DNA from: Candidatus Saccharimonadota bacterium | GTDB taxonomy: Bacteria > Patescibacteriota > Saccharimonadia > Saccharimonadales > AWTP1-31 | DNA: 64,000 nucleotides | Assembly: GCA_026395435.1 (NCBI GenBank) | Contig: JAPLYT010000003.1 | Location: 135,328 to 199,327, forward strand | Direction: 5' to 3' | Shown here: one piece after another, positions 19,653 through 29,975 of the stretch | Layout of the letters: each line of letters begins with the position of its first letter | Position numbering within the stretch: position 1 is the stretch's first letter | The notes under the pieces: generated by a model | What the model was told of the DNA's origin: nothing | Databases searched by the model: none | Seen by the model: the letters and a program-made list of their open reading frames with translations, nothing else | Program-made: the position numbers and the translations under genes

Positions 19653-20438
19653 TAGCGGATGTTTTAGCAGTGAGGGATTTGTGGTACTCAGATGTCCGAA
19701 GATTGGCGTCGATAAGAGACCATAACTGTTTGAATGCAATGGCAATTAACGGGTCAATGATTAAGACTGCCTGGGGGGTGGTGGCATAGGAAACGATTAG
19801 TAGTGAAGAGTCAGTGACGCTCCATTCAATAGGTTGACTATATTTATCGTTTTCAATCCACGTTATATCTAGATTATTCCGCTGGTGCTGATCATAATTT
19901 AGCGCACTATTTAATTGGTGCGCCATAATTCCTTTTCGCGTGTTACCATGGCGAGCAGGAGTAACCCTAATTTCATGCATTACATCAAAACCCATACTTG
20001 GTACGTCTGCCTTGGTGTGAATAAAATGTATATCTTCGTGCAGATTAACTTGCTTGCGATAAGCAACTGCCACCTCATCTCGGCCAGAAAATACCTCTAC
20101 CCCGGTTTTTTAGTGTGTTTACTGTAGGTCTCTAGTAAATCGTGCATGATACTATTGACCTTCTCCTCGCGGCTGACTGCCTCGGCTCTATATTTCGCTG
20201 TAAGTGTAGCTAAGGCCAGAGGATTGTCTGGTTTATAGGAGAGTGTTTTACCGTCAGCTTCTTTGATGATTATGTTTAGTTCGACGAGTGAATCTAAAAT
20301 TTTATAGGCATTTGTCCTTGTTAGCCGTAGATGTTGCGCCAGTAGAGAAGGCTTAGTAGACCCGTTTTTTATTAAGTAGGCGTATGCCTCAGCCTGCTGG
20401 GGGCTTAAGCCAATTGCTTCGAGTTCTGAAATATCCAT
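19639..20438 (-). pseudogene. TrmB-family transcriptional regulator interrupted by a 1-nt frameshift near 20100
   Basis: N-part LEAIGLS.QQAEAY..L..RTNAYKILDSL (TrmB HTH) ends KKPG*; one added base continues as KPGVEVFSGRDEVAVAYRKQ into ORF 19639-20073. Confidence 0.8.
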
Positions 20439-20464
20439 GCGTAAACAGTAGCACATAAATTATG

Positions 20465-20572
20465 TTTTGTGAAGTAAAAATTCACAAAAAGGTATCTAAA
20501 ATATAAAAAATATACCATAAAAACGTATAATGTGAACTAATACTTGACAATATATATACTTCATGCTATACT
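20465..20572. promoter_or_regulatory. paired operator-like sites and sigma70 promoter
   Basis: TTTTGTGAA-N7-TTCACAAAA (20465-89); TGTGAA-N7-TTGACA (20531-49) overlapping TTGACA-N17-TATACT (20544-72). Confidence 0.7.
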
Positions 20573-20602
20573 TCCGAACATTCTTATGTAAAAGGAGAAC
20601 GT

Positions 20603-21973
20603 ATGACTAATAATTCTGATTGTAGGGATTTATGCCCACAATATGAGATATGTGAACAGATGCGACTTAAAGGTTTCGAGGCAGTTAGTTCTGCGGGAAC
20701 TGATTTTGTCTATGACTCGATGATTGAGTACCAGACAGAGGATGGTCGCTTTGTGAATGGTGAGGAATTTTTTGGTACACCCGAGCCAAATTTAGCTGCC
20801 GAGAAATTGAGACAGGCTGGATATCAGTTACAGAATGCTAGCGCTGGTCTGAAAGACAAGCTACTAAAGGGCTGCAAAAACGGTCCAGTCAGAATGGGAG
20901 CAAGATTTATTTGCTCATCAAGCGTTGATATAGGTATTACGATGGCTGACTTAGGTCTGGATCAAGATAGTTCTGTTGATGGTGCTATAGTAAACGTAGA
21001 CATTAACGAGGGCAATCAAATGGAAGCAGGTCAAGAACCAAGCAGTAACGAAGTTAATAATCGCTCAACGGCCGAGTTTGTAGAAGAAAGACTAGGCTGG
21101 CTTAGAGAAGCTGCAGAACTATATCACGGGCCAGAGATCGAAGGCGATATTATTGGCTTACTCCCTGAACCAACTGAGCCTCGTGCTGACGCCGAAGGCT
21201 GGGATCTAGATGACGCAAAAGAAGCCAAACTTCGGGAGATTGCTGGTAGGTTCGGTATTGGAGGCGAACAGGATGTTCTAGCCGAATCAGAGATACACTT
21301 GCTCGAAGGTGGAAAACCTTGGAAAGTCGCATCTGAAATGGCCATATCTAGTGGATCAAATACTGTAATATTAGCTGGATCACCAAATAGGAAAATAGGT
21401 GATGATGAGCATAAATACATGACTACAAAACACCAAACTATGATAGAAAATGAAACAGAATACGATATGGTGCGGAGAATAGCTGAAGGTGCTGAAGGAT
21501 TTGTTCCACTTGAGGAAGATGTTATTTTGCCATTCGGTTATGACATTAAGGCAGGTCATCAATTAGTCGAAGAACCTACAGGACAATTTGTCGAAATCGG
21601 AACTATCAATGGTGCCCAAGTCGTGATTCTACGAGTCGACCGCGAAAATATGCTAGACGGTACGTATCAGAATCAGCCCGGTGCTCTAGATCTCCTAAAG
21701 GTAGTGGCGGACGCAAGAACTGCAGCTGGTGACCAGACATCAACAATTGGATTTCTTACGAGCAATACCTATGCTTCCAGAGCAATAAGTGTCGTAGAAG
21801 CCGGTTTTGATTCAAATCGTGAATTTTCCGTTGGTATGTATGGTCGAAATACGCTTGCAAATGTACAGGGTAACCCTGTTGCAGAACCGACCGCTATCAA
21901 TCAGATTCCGAGCGAATTAAACGTTATGGCTAAAGCAGTCATACACCTACAAAATAAAATCGACCAACGTTAA
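20603..21973 (+). CDS. hypothetical protein; Cys-rich N-terminus + possible YdcF/DUF218-like domain
   Basis: SD AAGGAG; LLEGG, ILAGSPNR, TEYDM, FLTSNTYASRA resemble the DUF218 motif order. Confidence 0.7.
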   Translation: MTNNSDCRDLCPQYEICEQMRLKGFEAVSSAGTDFVYDSMIEYQTEDGRFVNGEEFFGTPEPNLAAEKLRQAGYQLQNASAGLKDKLLKGCKNGPVRMGARFICSSSVDIGITMADLGLDQDSSVDGAIVNVDINEGNQMEAGQEPSSNEVNNRSTAEFVEERLGWLREAAELYHGPEIEGDIIGLLPEPTEPRADAEGWDLDDAKEAKLREIAGRFGIGGEQDVLAESEIHLLEGGKPWKVASEMAISSGSNTVILAGSPNRKIGDDEHKYMTTKHQTMIENETEYDMVRRIAEGAEGFVPLEEDVILPFGYDIKAGHQLVEEPTGQFVEIGTINGAQVVILRVDRENMLDGTYQNQPGALDLLKVVADARTAAGDQTSTIGFLTSNTYASRAISVVEAGFDSNREFSVGMYGRNTLANVQGNPVAEPTAINQIPSELNVMAKAVIHLQNKIDQR

Positions 21974-22058
21974 AAATATAGTAATATACAAAATTGACAA
22001 ATAAGCATAAGGATGCTAGTAAGGTGGTAAGTTTATAAAAACAAAAAGGATCAAATAC

Positions 22059-22523
22059 ATGTCGCTATTCCACCGAAATGACACTGCAGTAACATCTGAA
22101 AAAGAGCCAGTTCGTAATGTGCGCAAAATCGGAGCTTCGGCTTTAGTCTTAGCCGCTGCGCTCGCAATGGGTATCGGCGCCTCTCATAAATCAGAGGTTC
22201 CAACTTCAGTGCCTCAGGCTGTATCAACAACTTCAGAAATGCCACAACTGAGCGTGCCAGACAACGGTGCATTTAGCGTTGATCAACAGGGTAGCATTAT
22301 TCCTGAGACCAGAGCTACGACTCTTGAAGTTGATGGCACAAAAGTTGCTGGCATCATTTCATCTGCTGAGATTACAAAAGACGCTGGTGCTTCTACTGAC
22401 AGCGTACAAGCTGCCGTAGTAGGTGGTGATCCAACACCAGTTACAAATGCTATACCAGTACAAATCGATGGCGGCGCCGATGTATCAATTGAGCGTCTTC
22501 CAGTATACCCTGCCGGCAAATAA
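22059..22523 (+). CDS. exported/membrane-anchored hypothetical protein
   Basis: RKIGASALVLAAALAMGIGA hydrophobic segment; TTGACA at 21994; SD AAAGGA. Confidence 0.7.
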   Translation: MSLFHRNDTAVTSEKEPVRNVRKIGASALVLAAALAMGIGASHKSEVPTSVPQAVSTTSEMPQLSVPDNGAFSVDQQGSIIPETRATTLEVDGTKVAGIISSAEITKDAGASTDSVQAAVVGGDPTPVTNAIPVQIDGGADVSIERLPVYPAGK

Positions 22524-22529
22524 ACCGGT

Positions 22530-25310
22530 TTAATTTGAAGGTATGAGCGATCTCTTTTTTACGATTCGCTGAGCTTCGCGGATGACTACGAAAATAGCGG
22601 CTGCACCGAGGGCGTATGCCCAATCGGTTATTCCAAGTGGTCCGGCACCAAAGTAGCTGTTAATCGGTGAGTAAATAATGAGCATGACACAGCTTATAGA
22701 GAGCACCATTGCTGCCCACAAATGTTTATTATGCAGTTGATAGCGAGTGAATAATCCGTCAGAGCTACGACGCTGCAAAATGTTGAATAATTGGCAAAGA
22801 ACGATCACGAGGTAGGTCATGGCAGTAGCTTTGAGGTGCACAGAGCTTCCACTGATGGCGTTTTCGGCCACCACACCATGACGGCTAAAGAAAAGTAAGT
22901 AATTTCCGAAGGCCAGGCCTCCGATGAGTAGCCCGCACCAGACTAAATCGGTGATTGAAACTCGGTTGAGAATATGATGCGTTGGTGACCGGGGAGGTTC
23001 ATCCATCAGTTCTCGGTCTGCCTCGTCCCAGCCGAGGGCTGCGATAGGGAAGAGTTCTGCCACCAGGTCGATGGCTAGAATCTGCATGACGCTAAGGGCT
23101 AGTGGTATACCAAATAAGCTGGCAGCTGCCAAGCTGAGTAAATTCACGATCAGTTCCGCTCCGTTGCTCGTGAAACAGCTGAGAGTGCCTTTTTTGATAT
23201 TCTGAAATACTACCCGTCCTTCCTGGACGGCTCCAATCAGCGTATGGAAACTGTCATCCAAGAGTACGATGTCAGCCGATTGTTTTGCGACATCTGTCCC
23301 GGTGACGCCCATGGCTACGCCGATATCTGCTCGTTTAAGAGCAGGGGCGTCGTTGATCCCATCTCCCGTCACGGCGACCACGCAACCACTATCTTTTATA
23401 AGGCCCACAATACGAAGCTTATCTTCAGGGCTTACCCGTGAAAAAATAACACTCCCTTTTGATGTCATATCAATAATTTTGCCGTCACTCAATTTTTCTA
23501 CTTCATCTCCCATGACGAGGGTGATGGCATCTTTACTTTTGGCCAGTCCTGCTCGAAGGGCAATGGCTTGAGCAGTCGACGCATAATCTCCAGTAATGAT
23601 TGAAACCGAAATGTGCGCTCGATGGGCATCTTCCATGGCAGCTGGTACTTCTTCCCTGAGCGGGTCGATCATAGAGACCATGCCCAGGTAGGTGAGTCCA
23701 GACTCGACTGATTCCATGGTTAGGGTCTCAATAGTGGTCTTGGGCGGTAGAATCTTGTAGGCAAAACTAAGATTGCGAAGTGCATCTTGAGCCAAGGTCT
23801 CGTTAGCATCCAGAATTGTCGCAATAGTTTTTTTATCTAATTTTCGGGTGTGTCCGTGGTCCCATATGTCATCACATTTTTCGAGTACATTTTCGGGTGC
23901 ACCTTTTACGAACACGTACGTGTTTTTACCATCACCCCAAGTACGAATCGAGCTCATACGTTTGCGAGCAGAATCAAAACTGAATTCTTTGAGTTCTGGA
24001 TATTTTTTCTCTAATGCTTGCGGATCGAGTCCTGATTTTCGACCCACTGTGATAAGTGCCGCTTCAGTTGGATCTCCGATGGCATACCAATCGGCATGCT
24101 CGGCATCGGGCCCATCCACACGAGCGTTACTCGCAAATATACCTGCTGCAAAAAAGAGTTCAAGCTCTGATTGTTCGGCAGGAGACAAGGCAGTGGTTGA
24201 TCCCATTTTTGAAATACGGCCGTTCGCTTCATAACCAACACCACTGACAGAATAGGTCTGAGAGCCGATTATAAACTGTTGAACGGTCATTTGATTCTTG
24301 GTGAGGGTGCCCGTTTTATCAGTACAAATGATGCTTGTTGCACCCAGTGATTCAACCGCCGATAATTTTTTGACCAGTGCTCGGGCATGAGCAAGTTTTT
24401 TAGCAGCTTGGGCAAGGGTGGTGTTGATCTCGGCCGGTAATCCTTGAGGGATGATCGAGCTGGCAATCCCTATGGCAAAAAGAAACGCTGCCTTCACCCC
24501 AAGATTAGCTTGCAATGCAATTGGCACCAATACGGCGCAGAGAACCACCGTACCTTGGGTCACGTGCTTTGCAATATTATTCATTTCTCGTTGCAGTGGG
24601 CTCAGGTCTTGCCCGGTGTCTTGACTGAGGTTAGCGATTCGGCCTAGCTCGGTATTCATACCGGTGGCAATAACAACTCCATAACCATGTCCGGTGGCAA
24701 CCGTTGTTCCCATATACGTTAAGTTATGACGATCACCGATGGGGACCTCGCCATCTATAATATGAGTAAACTTACGGCTCGGGTTACTCTCCCCGGTGAG
24801 TGCAAAATCATTCGTCGCAAGTTCGGATTCTTCAACGATGCGCAGATCAGCCGGGATAGAGTCCCCTTCTTCTATATAGATAACATCACCGACAACAATT
24901 TCGGTGCTAGCAATGATGACCAATTTGTCATCTCGCTTAACCTTGGCTTCTGGCACCACAAGCCGCACCAGGCTTTCCATGATCCGCTCCGCTTTGTACT
25001 CTTGGGTGAAGCCGATCAAGGTATTAAAGATAACGAGCGCAAACAGCACAAAACCTGTTCGACTATCGCCAAGGAACAATGAAATTACACCACTTACCGT
25101 GAGCAAGACGATCATCAAATCTTTAAACTGTTCCAGATATCGAACGAACCAACTTTTATGATGTGTTTCAGTCAGAACGTTCTGCCCATGCTGATCAAGC
25201 CTCGTTTTTGCTGTGCTGGCAGGCAAGCCTTGCAAGCTTGTATTGAGTCGATCAAATATTTGCTCTGTACCCACTTGATAGGCGGGTACGTCGCGCAAGT
25301 TATTATCCAT
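22530..25310 (-). CDS. type II cation-transporting P-type ATPase
   Basis: LTGES, DKTGTLT, KGAPE, TGD, GDGINDAPAL; about 10 TM helices. Confidence 0.95.
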   Translation of the reverse strand: MDNNLRDVPAYQVGTEQIFDRLNTSLQGLPASTAKTRLDQHGQNVLTETHHKSWFVRYLEQFKDLMIVLLTVSGVISLFLGDSRTGFVLFALVIFNTLIGFTQEYKAERIMESLVRLVVPEAKVKRDDKLVIIASTEIVVGDVIYIEEGDSIPADLRIVEESELATNDFALTGESNPSRKFTHIIDGEVPIGDRHNLTYMGTTVATGHGYGVVIATGMNTELGRIANLSQDTGQDLSPLQREMNNIAKHVTQGTVVLCAVLVPIALQANLGVKAAFLFAIGIASSIIPQGLPAEINTTLAQAAKKLAHARALVKKLSAVESLGATSIICTDKTGTLTKNQMTVQQFIIGSQTYSVSGVGYEANGRISKMGSTTALSPAEQSELELFFAAGIFASNARVDGPDAEHADWYAIGDPTEAALITVGRKSGLDPQALEKKYPELKEFSFDSARKRMSSIRTWGDGKNTYVFVKGAPENVLEKCDDIWDHGHTRKLDKKTIATILDANETLAQDALRNLSFAYKILPPKTTIETLTMESVESGLTYLGMVSMIDPLREEVPAAMEDAHRAHISVSIITGDYASTAQAIALRAGLAKSKDAITLVMGDEVEKLSDGKIIDMTSKGSVIFSRVSPEDKLRIVGLIKDSGCVVAVTGDGINDAPALKRADIGVAMGVTGTDVAKQSADIVLLDDSFHTLIGAVQEGRVVFQNIKKGTLSCFTSNGAELIVNLLSLAAASLFGIPLALSVMQILAIDLVAELFPIAALGWDEADRELMDEPPRSPTHHILNRVSITDLVWCGLLIGGLAFGNYLLFFSRHGVVAENAISGSSVHLKATAMTYLVIVLCQLFNILQRRSSDGLFTRYQLHNKHLWAAMVLSISCVMLIIYSPINSYFGAGPLGITDWAYALGAAAIFVVIREAQRIVKKRSLIPSN

Positions 25311-25408
25311 ATACGTAAGTATAGCGTAAGCGATATAAACGAGAATAGCAGTACATCATTCAGCCCCTATTTATTTGAATGTATGAGGAAAAATACTATA
25401 ATAATCTA

Positions 25409-26578
25409 ATGTTAACAGAGAAAAATCTTTCATTAGAGCAAATATCATCCCAGGTATTGTCAGAATTACAGACTGAACACATGCCTACAATGCGCTTAGG
25501 TACAGTTGCAGTTCATACAGAATTTCAACTATCGGAAGAACCTCAATCATGCCCCATTCATATCGCATCTGATCAAATACCTGCTACTGCTGCAGAAAGC
25601 GATCCTGCTAAACGTCGTCAACTTGATACGAGACCAAGCTTACATATAAACGCTGATGGCGATTCGACATCTGCATATCTGCGTGAGATTGGTAGAATCC
25701 CACTCTTGACTAGTAAAGATGAGACAGAATTAGCACTGACAATCAGATCAGGCAAAGAGGCGGCCGCCCATTTAGCAGAGTTACAGGCAACTGACACGAT
25801 CCAATCCGTAAGTCCTCGACAACTGGCAGATTTAAAAAGACGTATCAGTGCTGCCGATATAGCGAGAGAAAAGTTCATTAATGCAAACCAAAGACTCGTT
25901 GTCTCAATTGCCAAAAAGTATCAGTATTCACACTTGTCACTACTTGATTTGATACAAGAAGGAAACATCGGTATGATGCGTGCTGTCGAAAAATTCGATC
26001 CAGACAAAGGGTTCAAATTTAGCACCTATGCAATGTGGTGGATAAAACAGAGTATCATCCGTGGTATCGATAATACGGGTAAAGCCATTAGAATCCCATC
26101 TCATGCCATTAATGCCCAGCATGCCGTAAAGACAAGTATACGACGACTTGAGGAAGATCTAGGCCGCAAGCCGACTATCCCAGAAATTGCCATTGACTCA
26201 TCGTACGAAGAAGCTGATATACGAAGAATTTTACAGTTTCCCAGTGACCCCATATCACTTTCTACTCCAGTAGGCGAAGATAGCACAACCGAATTCGGCG
26301 AAAGCATTGGCGACACAAACGCCATAGAAACCATTGAAGAATCAATTGATATGCTGGGGATGAGACTTGCATTGAAAACGGCTTTAGATAAATTAAGTCC
26401 TCGAGAACGTGAAATTATAATTTTGCGCAAAGGCTTGATCGACGGGAATGAAACAACGTTTGAGGCTATTGGGCATAGCATGGGGCTTACGCGCGAGCGT
26501 ATACGTCAGATTGAAGCCAAGGCAATGAAAAAATTAGCTGAAAAAAGCTTCGGCCTCAGCCCCGAGCTCTATAGGTAG
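25409..26578 (+). CDS. second RpoD-like sigma70 factor
   Basis: [52 protein letters not shown]; start re-called to ATG 25409. Confidence 0.92.
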   Translation: MLTEKNLSLEQISSQVLSELQTEHMPTMRLGTVAVHTEFQLSEEPQSCPIHIASDQIPATAAESDPAKRRQLDTRPSLHINADGDSTSAYLREIGRIPLLTSKDETELALTIRSGKEAAAHLAELQATDTIQSVSPRQLADLKRRISAADIAREKFINANQRLVVSIAKKYQYSHLSLLDLIQEGNIGMMRAVEKFDPDKGFKFSTYAMWWIKQSIIRGIDNTGKAIRIPSHAINAQHAVKTSIRRLEEDLGRKPTIPEIAIDSSYEEADIRRILQFPSDPISLSTPVGEDSTTEFGESIGDTNAIETIEESIDMLGMRLALKTALDKLSPREREIIILRKGLIDGNETTFEAIGHSMGLTRERIRQIEAKAMKKLAEKSFGLSPELYR

Positions 26579-26642
26579 ACAAATAGTTGTGAAAATTATG
26601 ACCTCATAGTTGTAGTGGCCGTACTAACGTATACTGATAGAT

Positions 26643-29266
26643 ATGGCAGAGTCAGAGATTGCTCACAAGAGAAAACGGTTGGTTATAATAGATGGTAAAT
26701 CGGTATTTTATCGTGGCTATTATGGCATGCCAAATCTGACCACCAAAGACGGCACTCCAACAGGTGGCGTCTATGGTTTTGCGGTCATGGCTCTGGAGGT
26801 AATAAAGCGTCTTAAACCCGATTATGTCTGCGTGGCATGGGATAAACCTAAGACTAATATTCGTAAACGCCTTGCGATTTACCCCAAATACAAGGCTGGG
26901 CGCAAACCGCCACCAGCTGATTTTTATACCCAGATCCCACTCCTTCATGAGCTACTTAAGGCTTTCGGATGGCCATTGTATGAACTTGATGATTATGAGG
27001 CCGACGATATCATGGGAACACTGGCAGTTCAGGCTACCGCTCAAGATATCGAAACCATGCTTATTACCAGCGACATGGATATGCTGCAGTTGGTCGATTT
27101 ACACGTCAGTGTCTATGCACTCAAAAAAGGTCTCAGCAGTATTGAGCTTTTTCACCCTGAGAGTTTTATCGAAAAATATGGCATTTTGCCAACGCAATTT
27201 CTAGACCTAAAAGCACTGAAGGGCGATAGCTCAGATAATATCCCTGGCGTACCGGGTATAGGCGAGAAGGGTGCTCTTGAACTACTCAATACCTATGGCA
27301 CACTTGATGCAATTTATGACAATACAGCCCTCATAAAAGCCAGCCTTAGCAAAAAGCTTATCGAAGGTAAGGAGTCGGCTTATATGAGCAAACAACTGGC
27401 CTCGATCTGGTTTGATGCACCGCTCAAGCTCGATCTCAAAAATCTCGATGCTCAGGCTTGCGAACCAGAAACTATTCGGACTGCGTTGGAAAAGCTGGAA
27501 TTTAAAACCTTAGCCCGGCAATTACCGGAATATATGAACATCAAAGATAGTCATATCAAACCAGTCGAACGTCATAATATGAAAGTTGGAAAGCTGGTGG
27601 TTATTGATAGTGACACGGCGCTCAAGACTATCGATATTCCTCAAAGCAAACACGTAGTGCTCAATGCTCTGTGCAGCAAGGATCGAGATAGAACTCCAGA
27701 ACACATTATTCTTGGTTTTGACAACAGTACATATGATCTCGACATCGCCAAGCTCGATACGCAAGCCGTACTGAATTTTCTGCAATCAACCTTCGTAATG
27801 TACGATACGGTGATCGGCTATGACGTCAAAGCTTCCCTTAGAGCAGTCAAGGCTCTAGGGCTTGCCATGCCCACCGTTGGCCATGATGTCCTCGTCGGTG
27901 CATTTTTGCTAAACTCACTCATCCGTGAGCAATCTTTGAGTGATATCGCTGCCGATACACTAGATATCCATCTCGACGAAGCAGTTTCTAGCCATGCTGA
28001 CGTAACGGCAGTGATCATAGCCCTTTATAAGAGTCAGTCGAGTGCATTAAAGAAATATCCTTCGCTAGAAAAATTGGCCCACGACATTGAGTGGCCAATC
28101 ATATCTGTTTTGGCAGATATGGAGTCGAACGGTATTCAGCTTGATACGCACTATCTCGGCCTCATGTCGAGCCAAGTAGATGATCTTATTTCTGATCTTG
28201 AACAACAAATTTATGGTTTTGCAGAGACGGAATTCAACATCAGTTCGCCATCTCAGCTCGCAGACATTTTGTTTGAGAAATTACAATTGAGCACAACAGG
28301 GATAAAGAAAGGTAAAACTGCCTATTCTACTGCGGCAAGCGAGCTTGATAAACTCCGCGGTTCTCACCCAATTATCGATATGATCACTCAATTCAGGGAA
28401 GTATCGAAACTCAAAAATACCTACATCGATACGCTACCAAAACTCGTCGATGAGTCGTCTCGAATTCATACCACATTCAATCTCACTATCGCTCAAACAG
28501 GTCGTTTGAGTAGTACCGACCCCAACTTGCAAAATATTCCGGTTCGAACCGAGCTCGGCAAGCGTATTCGGACGGCATTCGTAGCCAGTCCGGGAAAGTG
28601 TTTTGTGGGTGCCGACTACAGCCAATTCGAGCTACGCCTGAAGATACCGAAATGATCGACGCCTTCAATAGGGGCGCTGATATACATACTGTTACCGCGG
28701 CTCAAGTGTATGGTCGAGACCCTGAAGAAGTCACCAAAAGCATGCGTCGTGAGGCTAAGGTTGTAAACTTCGGCATCATGTATGGTCTAAGTACTCATGG
28801 TCTCGTGGCGGCTACAGGAATGAGCTATGACCAAGCAAAGGAATTTATTGAAAAATATTTCTTGGCTCGGCCAAAGCTCAAAGCCTACATGGACCATATC
28901 AAAAAACAGGCGACTGAGGACGGCTATGTAGAGACACTATTTGGTCGTCGACGACCAACGCCAGATATTAAATCAAGTAACTTTATGGTTCGCGAAGGTG
29001 CACTCCGAGCCGCTGTAAACATGCCGTTCCAGGGAAGTGCAGCCGATATCATGAAAAAAGCAATGATCGATATACATCACAAACTTGTCGACTGGCCAGA
29101 GACCAAAATGTTACTTCAAATCCATGACAGCATCATGGTGGAATGCCCTAAATCTGATGCAGCCGATATCGCCAAACTCCTGAAGGAAACCATGGAAAAT
29201 ACCATCACCTTACCGGTGAAACTGACCGTCGACACCGAAATAGGCGAAAATTGGGGCGAATTGTAA
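26643..29266 (+). pseudogene. polA: DNA polymerase I split by a frame break at ~28640 (ORFs 26643-28655 and 28652-29266)
   Basis: 5'-3' exonuclease (YEADD, GDSSDNIPGVPGIG), TGRLSS.DPNLQNIP and motif A DYSQFELR in one frame; motif B (RREAKVVNFGIMYG) and motif C (QIHD) in another. Confidence 0.9.
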
Positions 29267-29325
29267 AAATTACTGGTAAAAATAGTAATTGCATGATATA
29301 ATACTGTTTGTAATAAGGAAGTTGT

Positions 29326-29907
29326 ATGTCCCCACGTAAGCGTTTTGTTATCTTTTTGACCGCTGTTGTAGGTTTTATCCTCATTCTTTTTCTGATCTTT
29401 GGAAAAGGCTCATCAAACACACCGAAAAAAACTGATACCAAAAAAACAAACAACACTCCGTCATCTCTTGTTGATTATATCGATCGCGATTCAAAAGTGA
29501 TCTTGACCGTATCAGGACGTATCAACGGAGACGATGTCCATCGTCAGATTCGCATCACGGTCAGCCCAACAGATCGCGTCGCTGAAGTTATCCAGGGCTA
29601 CCAAAACAATGTCATTAAAACACAAAACATAACCAATAATCGTCAGGCATACGATCAGTTTATGCGTGCTTTAGCTCGTACAGGATTTTCAAAAGAACGT
29701 AAATCAAGCCTTAAGGATGAGCGCGGTATTTGCCCAACAGGTCAACGATACGTCTATGAAATCATCGATAATAACGATCAAGTTTCTCGCACCTGGGCAG
29801 GACAGTGTAACGCTGGTAATTCCCTGGGCAACGCGCCATTGATTCTTCAACTTTTCCGAAACCAGATCACCGACTACGGTAAGTTCGTCAACGGCGTAAA
29901 CCTTTAA
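29326..29907 (+). CDS. membrane-anchored hypothetical protein
   Basis: N-terminal TM, extracellular Cys pair (CPTG...C). Confidence 0.75.
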   Translation: MSPRKRFVIFLTAVVGFILILFLIFGKGSSNTPKKTDTKKTNNTPSSLVDYIDRDSKVILTVSGRINGDDVHRQIRITVSPTDRVAEVIQGYQNNVIKTQNITNNRQAYDQFMRALARTGFSKERKSSLKDERGICPTGQRYVYEIIDNNDQVSRTWAGQCNAGNSLGNAPLILQLFRNQITDYGKFVNGVNL

Positions 29908-29975
29908 GACCGCTTGGGTCTTATTTTGTTAGAGATCTTTAGGCGCATTAACAAGAAGTCACGTATCATATAGAC

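Noticed and set aside
20095-20115. Programmed -1 ribosomal frameshift in the TrmB gene
   Set aside because: In-frame context T AAA AAA CCG GGG TAG does not fit the X XXY YYZ pattern and no stimulator is evident; a simple indel is more likely
20465-20489. CRP-binding site
   Set aside because: TGTGA/TCACA half-sites are 9 bp apart, not the 6 bp CRP requires
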